DNA of 64,000 nt from Oikopleura dioica (Eukaryota; Animalia; Chordata): contig OU015567.1 in NCBI GenBank assembly GCA_907165135.1, forward strand, positions 2,046,001 to 2,110,000, read 5' to 3'. Below, one piece after another: positions 62,801 to 64,000 of the stretch. How positions within the stretch are numbered: the stretch's first letter is position 1; every line of letters starts with the position of its first letter. The notes under the pieces were generated by a model that did not search any database, was not told the origin of the DNA, and saw only the letters and a program-made list of their open reading frames with translations. The translations under genes were made by a program, and so were the position numbers.

Positions 62801-64000
62801 ATGGCAGAAATAATTGAAACCACCGTCGCGGAAATAGCCGAAACGACTCAACCAAAACTCGAAACTTCCTTCGTCACGGAGCTTGACTGCGACACAATTG
62901 AGCCTACAGAAGCTCCTGACTGTAATTGTGAAGATGACGAGTGTCCAAATGTTTGTCCACCAGAGTGTGATAGTCCGCAGTGCGCACCGAAGCCAAACTG
63001 TGATAATTCTCCAAATTGTAATCCCGAGGATATTGAATCTACAACCGAGCCTGACAATGGTTTAACATTCGAACTGACAACTGCTGAGCCAGCTGGACCA
63101 TATGTAACTTACTTCGACAACCAAGGACCGCTTGTTACGACTGAAGGTCCTCCAGGTCCACCAGAAGAGCCAGAACTCTGCGTCGAGCCATGGTCGGAAT
63201 GGTCTCCCTGTGATTGTATTGAAGAAAGATCGATGCGATCAAGAGAGAGAATTTGTTTTTGTGAACTTTGTTTGGAAGATCTTTTCGAAGAAGAAATTTG
63301 CACTGAGCCTTGTGAGGTAGGAAAAGCCTCCAAAAATAAAAAAAGAAATTCATCAGTTTCAGGAAGCCAAGCCAACAACAGCAAGTCCAAAGCCAAGTAC
63401 GAGTGAGCCCAATCCAACCACTTCAAAATTAGAACCAATTAGAACAACTATTAGCATGGGAACGAGTATAACTACAAATCGCATGGAATTGCCCGTCAAT
63501 TCAGACTTACCTACCCTAGCAAAGTTAACCACTTCTCACACAATTAGCACCAGTACTGAAGACGATTCCACCACTCGGCAAAGTACCAACGTAAGTGCAA
63601 ATCGTTTACCGCGCTGATGACAGGTTCGGTTAGAGCTTGACATTCAACTTCTTTTTTTAGCACGAAACATGGACAGCCAATTCGAATGATGATTTATACG
63701 ATGCTTCGACTTGGCCGTCGTCCAGTCCTGAGACTGACGCCTTGTCCACAGTGACGGAATATTGGACAGAAAGTGGATTAACAAGTTCGCCCGACACGAC
63801 CTTTGCGCCCTTGATGGAGACAACGATGACTCACCTCGATGAGTTGGAAGCAACGACAAAAATAGCCACAACTCCAAGTCCAAGTTTTTCGCTGGAAACA
63901 ACCCAAAAGACGATATTGGAAAAGACTGATCGATGGTCAACGGAGGCAATCACAGATGATGAAGAGGATGATTGTAATTGCGATGATTTCGAAGCATCCG
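59900..64000 (+). CDS. Extracellular thrombospondin type-1 repeat protein with acidic Thr/Glu/Pro-rich mucin/proteoglycan-like domains (runs off the window)
   Basis: TSP1 repeats WAGWCDWSPCGASCG..RTREC, WTDWSAWGECCGGDCGGGERSRSRAC, WMPWSECSATCGDGSRSRSRDC, WSTWSECTASCG and WSEWSPCDC..RSRERIC; long ETT/TTE-rich ORF 61847-63318; further S/T-rich exons to 64000. Start codon not located. Confidence 0.85.

Noticed and set aside
1-64000. rRNA, tRNA, SL RNA/5S or autonomous transposase/reverse transcriptase genes
   Set aside because: None recognised by eye; a tRNAscan/Infernal/RepeatMasker run would be needed to exclude them formally.

Overview
Eukaryotic, intron-rich but very compact animal DNA, so the prokaryote-style ORF track only catches exon fragments. 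The 40-60 nt introns, GA-AG and GC-AG donors and chordate-type genes suggest the appendicularian tunicate Oikopleura; this is inference, not a database match. Recognisable genes: slit (4 LRR domains, EGF, LamG; runs off the left edge), a ZNF532/592/687-family zinc-finger gene, tyrosylprotein sulfotransferase with a degenerate tandem paralog, a GPI-anchored laccase-like multicopper oxidase carrying an internal rearranged duplication, an SLC43-type transporter, a neuronal calcium sensor, 5-hydroxyisourate hydrolase, a Cys-rich/kelch-like secreted protein, an AQP8-like aquaporin and a TSP1/mucin-like extracellular protein (runs off the right edge). There are also several unidentified genes, one of them duplicated about 25 kb apart. 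At least ten short non-autonomous TIR elements (MITEs) have readable TIRs and target-site duplications (TA, TTA/TAA, TTAA, 8 bp, 9 bp). The strongest signal is that several MITEs sit inside coding exons or exactly on splice sites. A 675-bp TTAA-flanked MITE splits the HIU hydrolase ORF and can be removed with single-base precision as a non-canonical GG-AG intron. A TIR element in the aquaporin can be spliced in frame but imprecisely. A third element duplicates a splice acceptor. Together these look like stages of transposon-driven intron gain. No rRNA, tRNA or CRISPR array was found. Splice models were read by eye and need RNA evidence.
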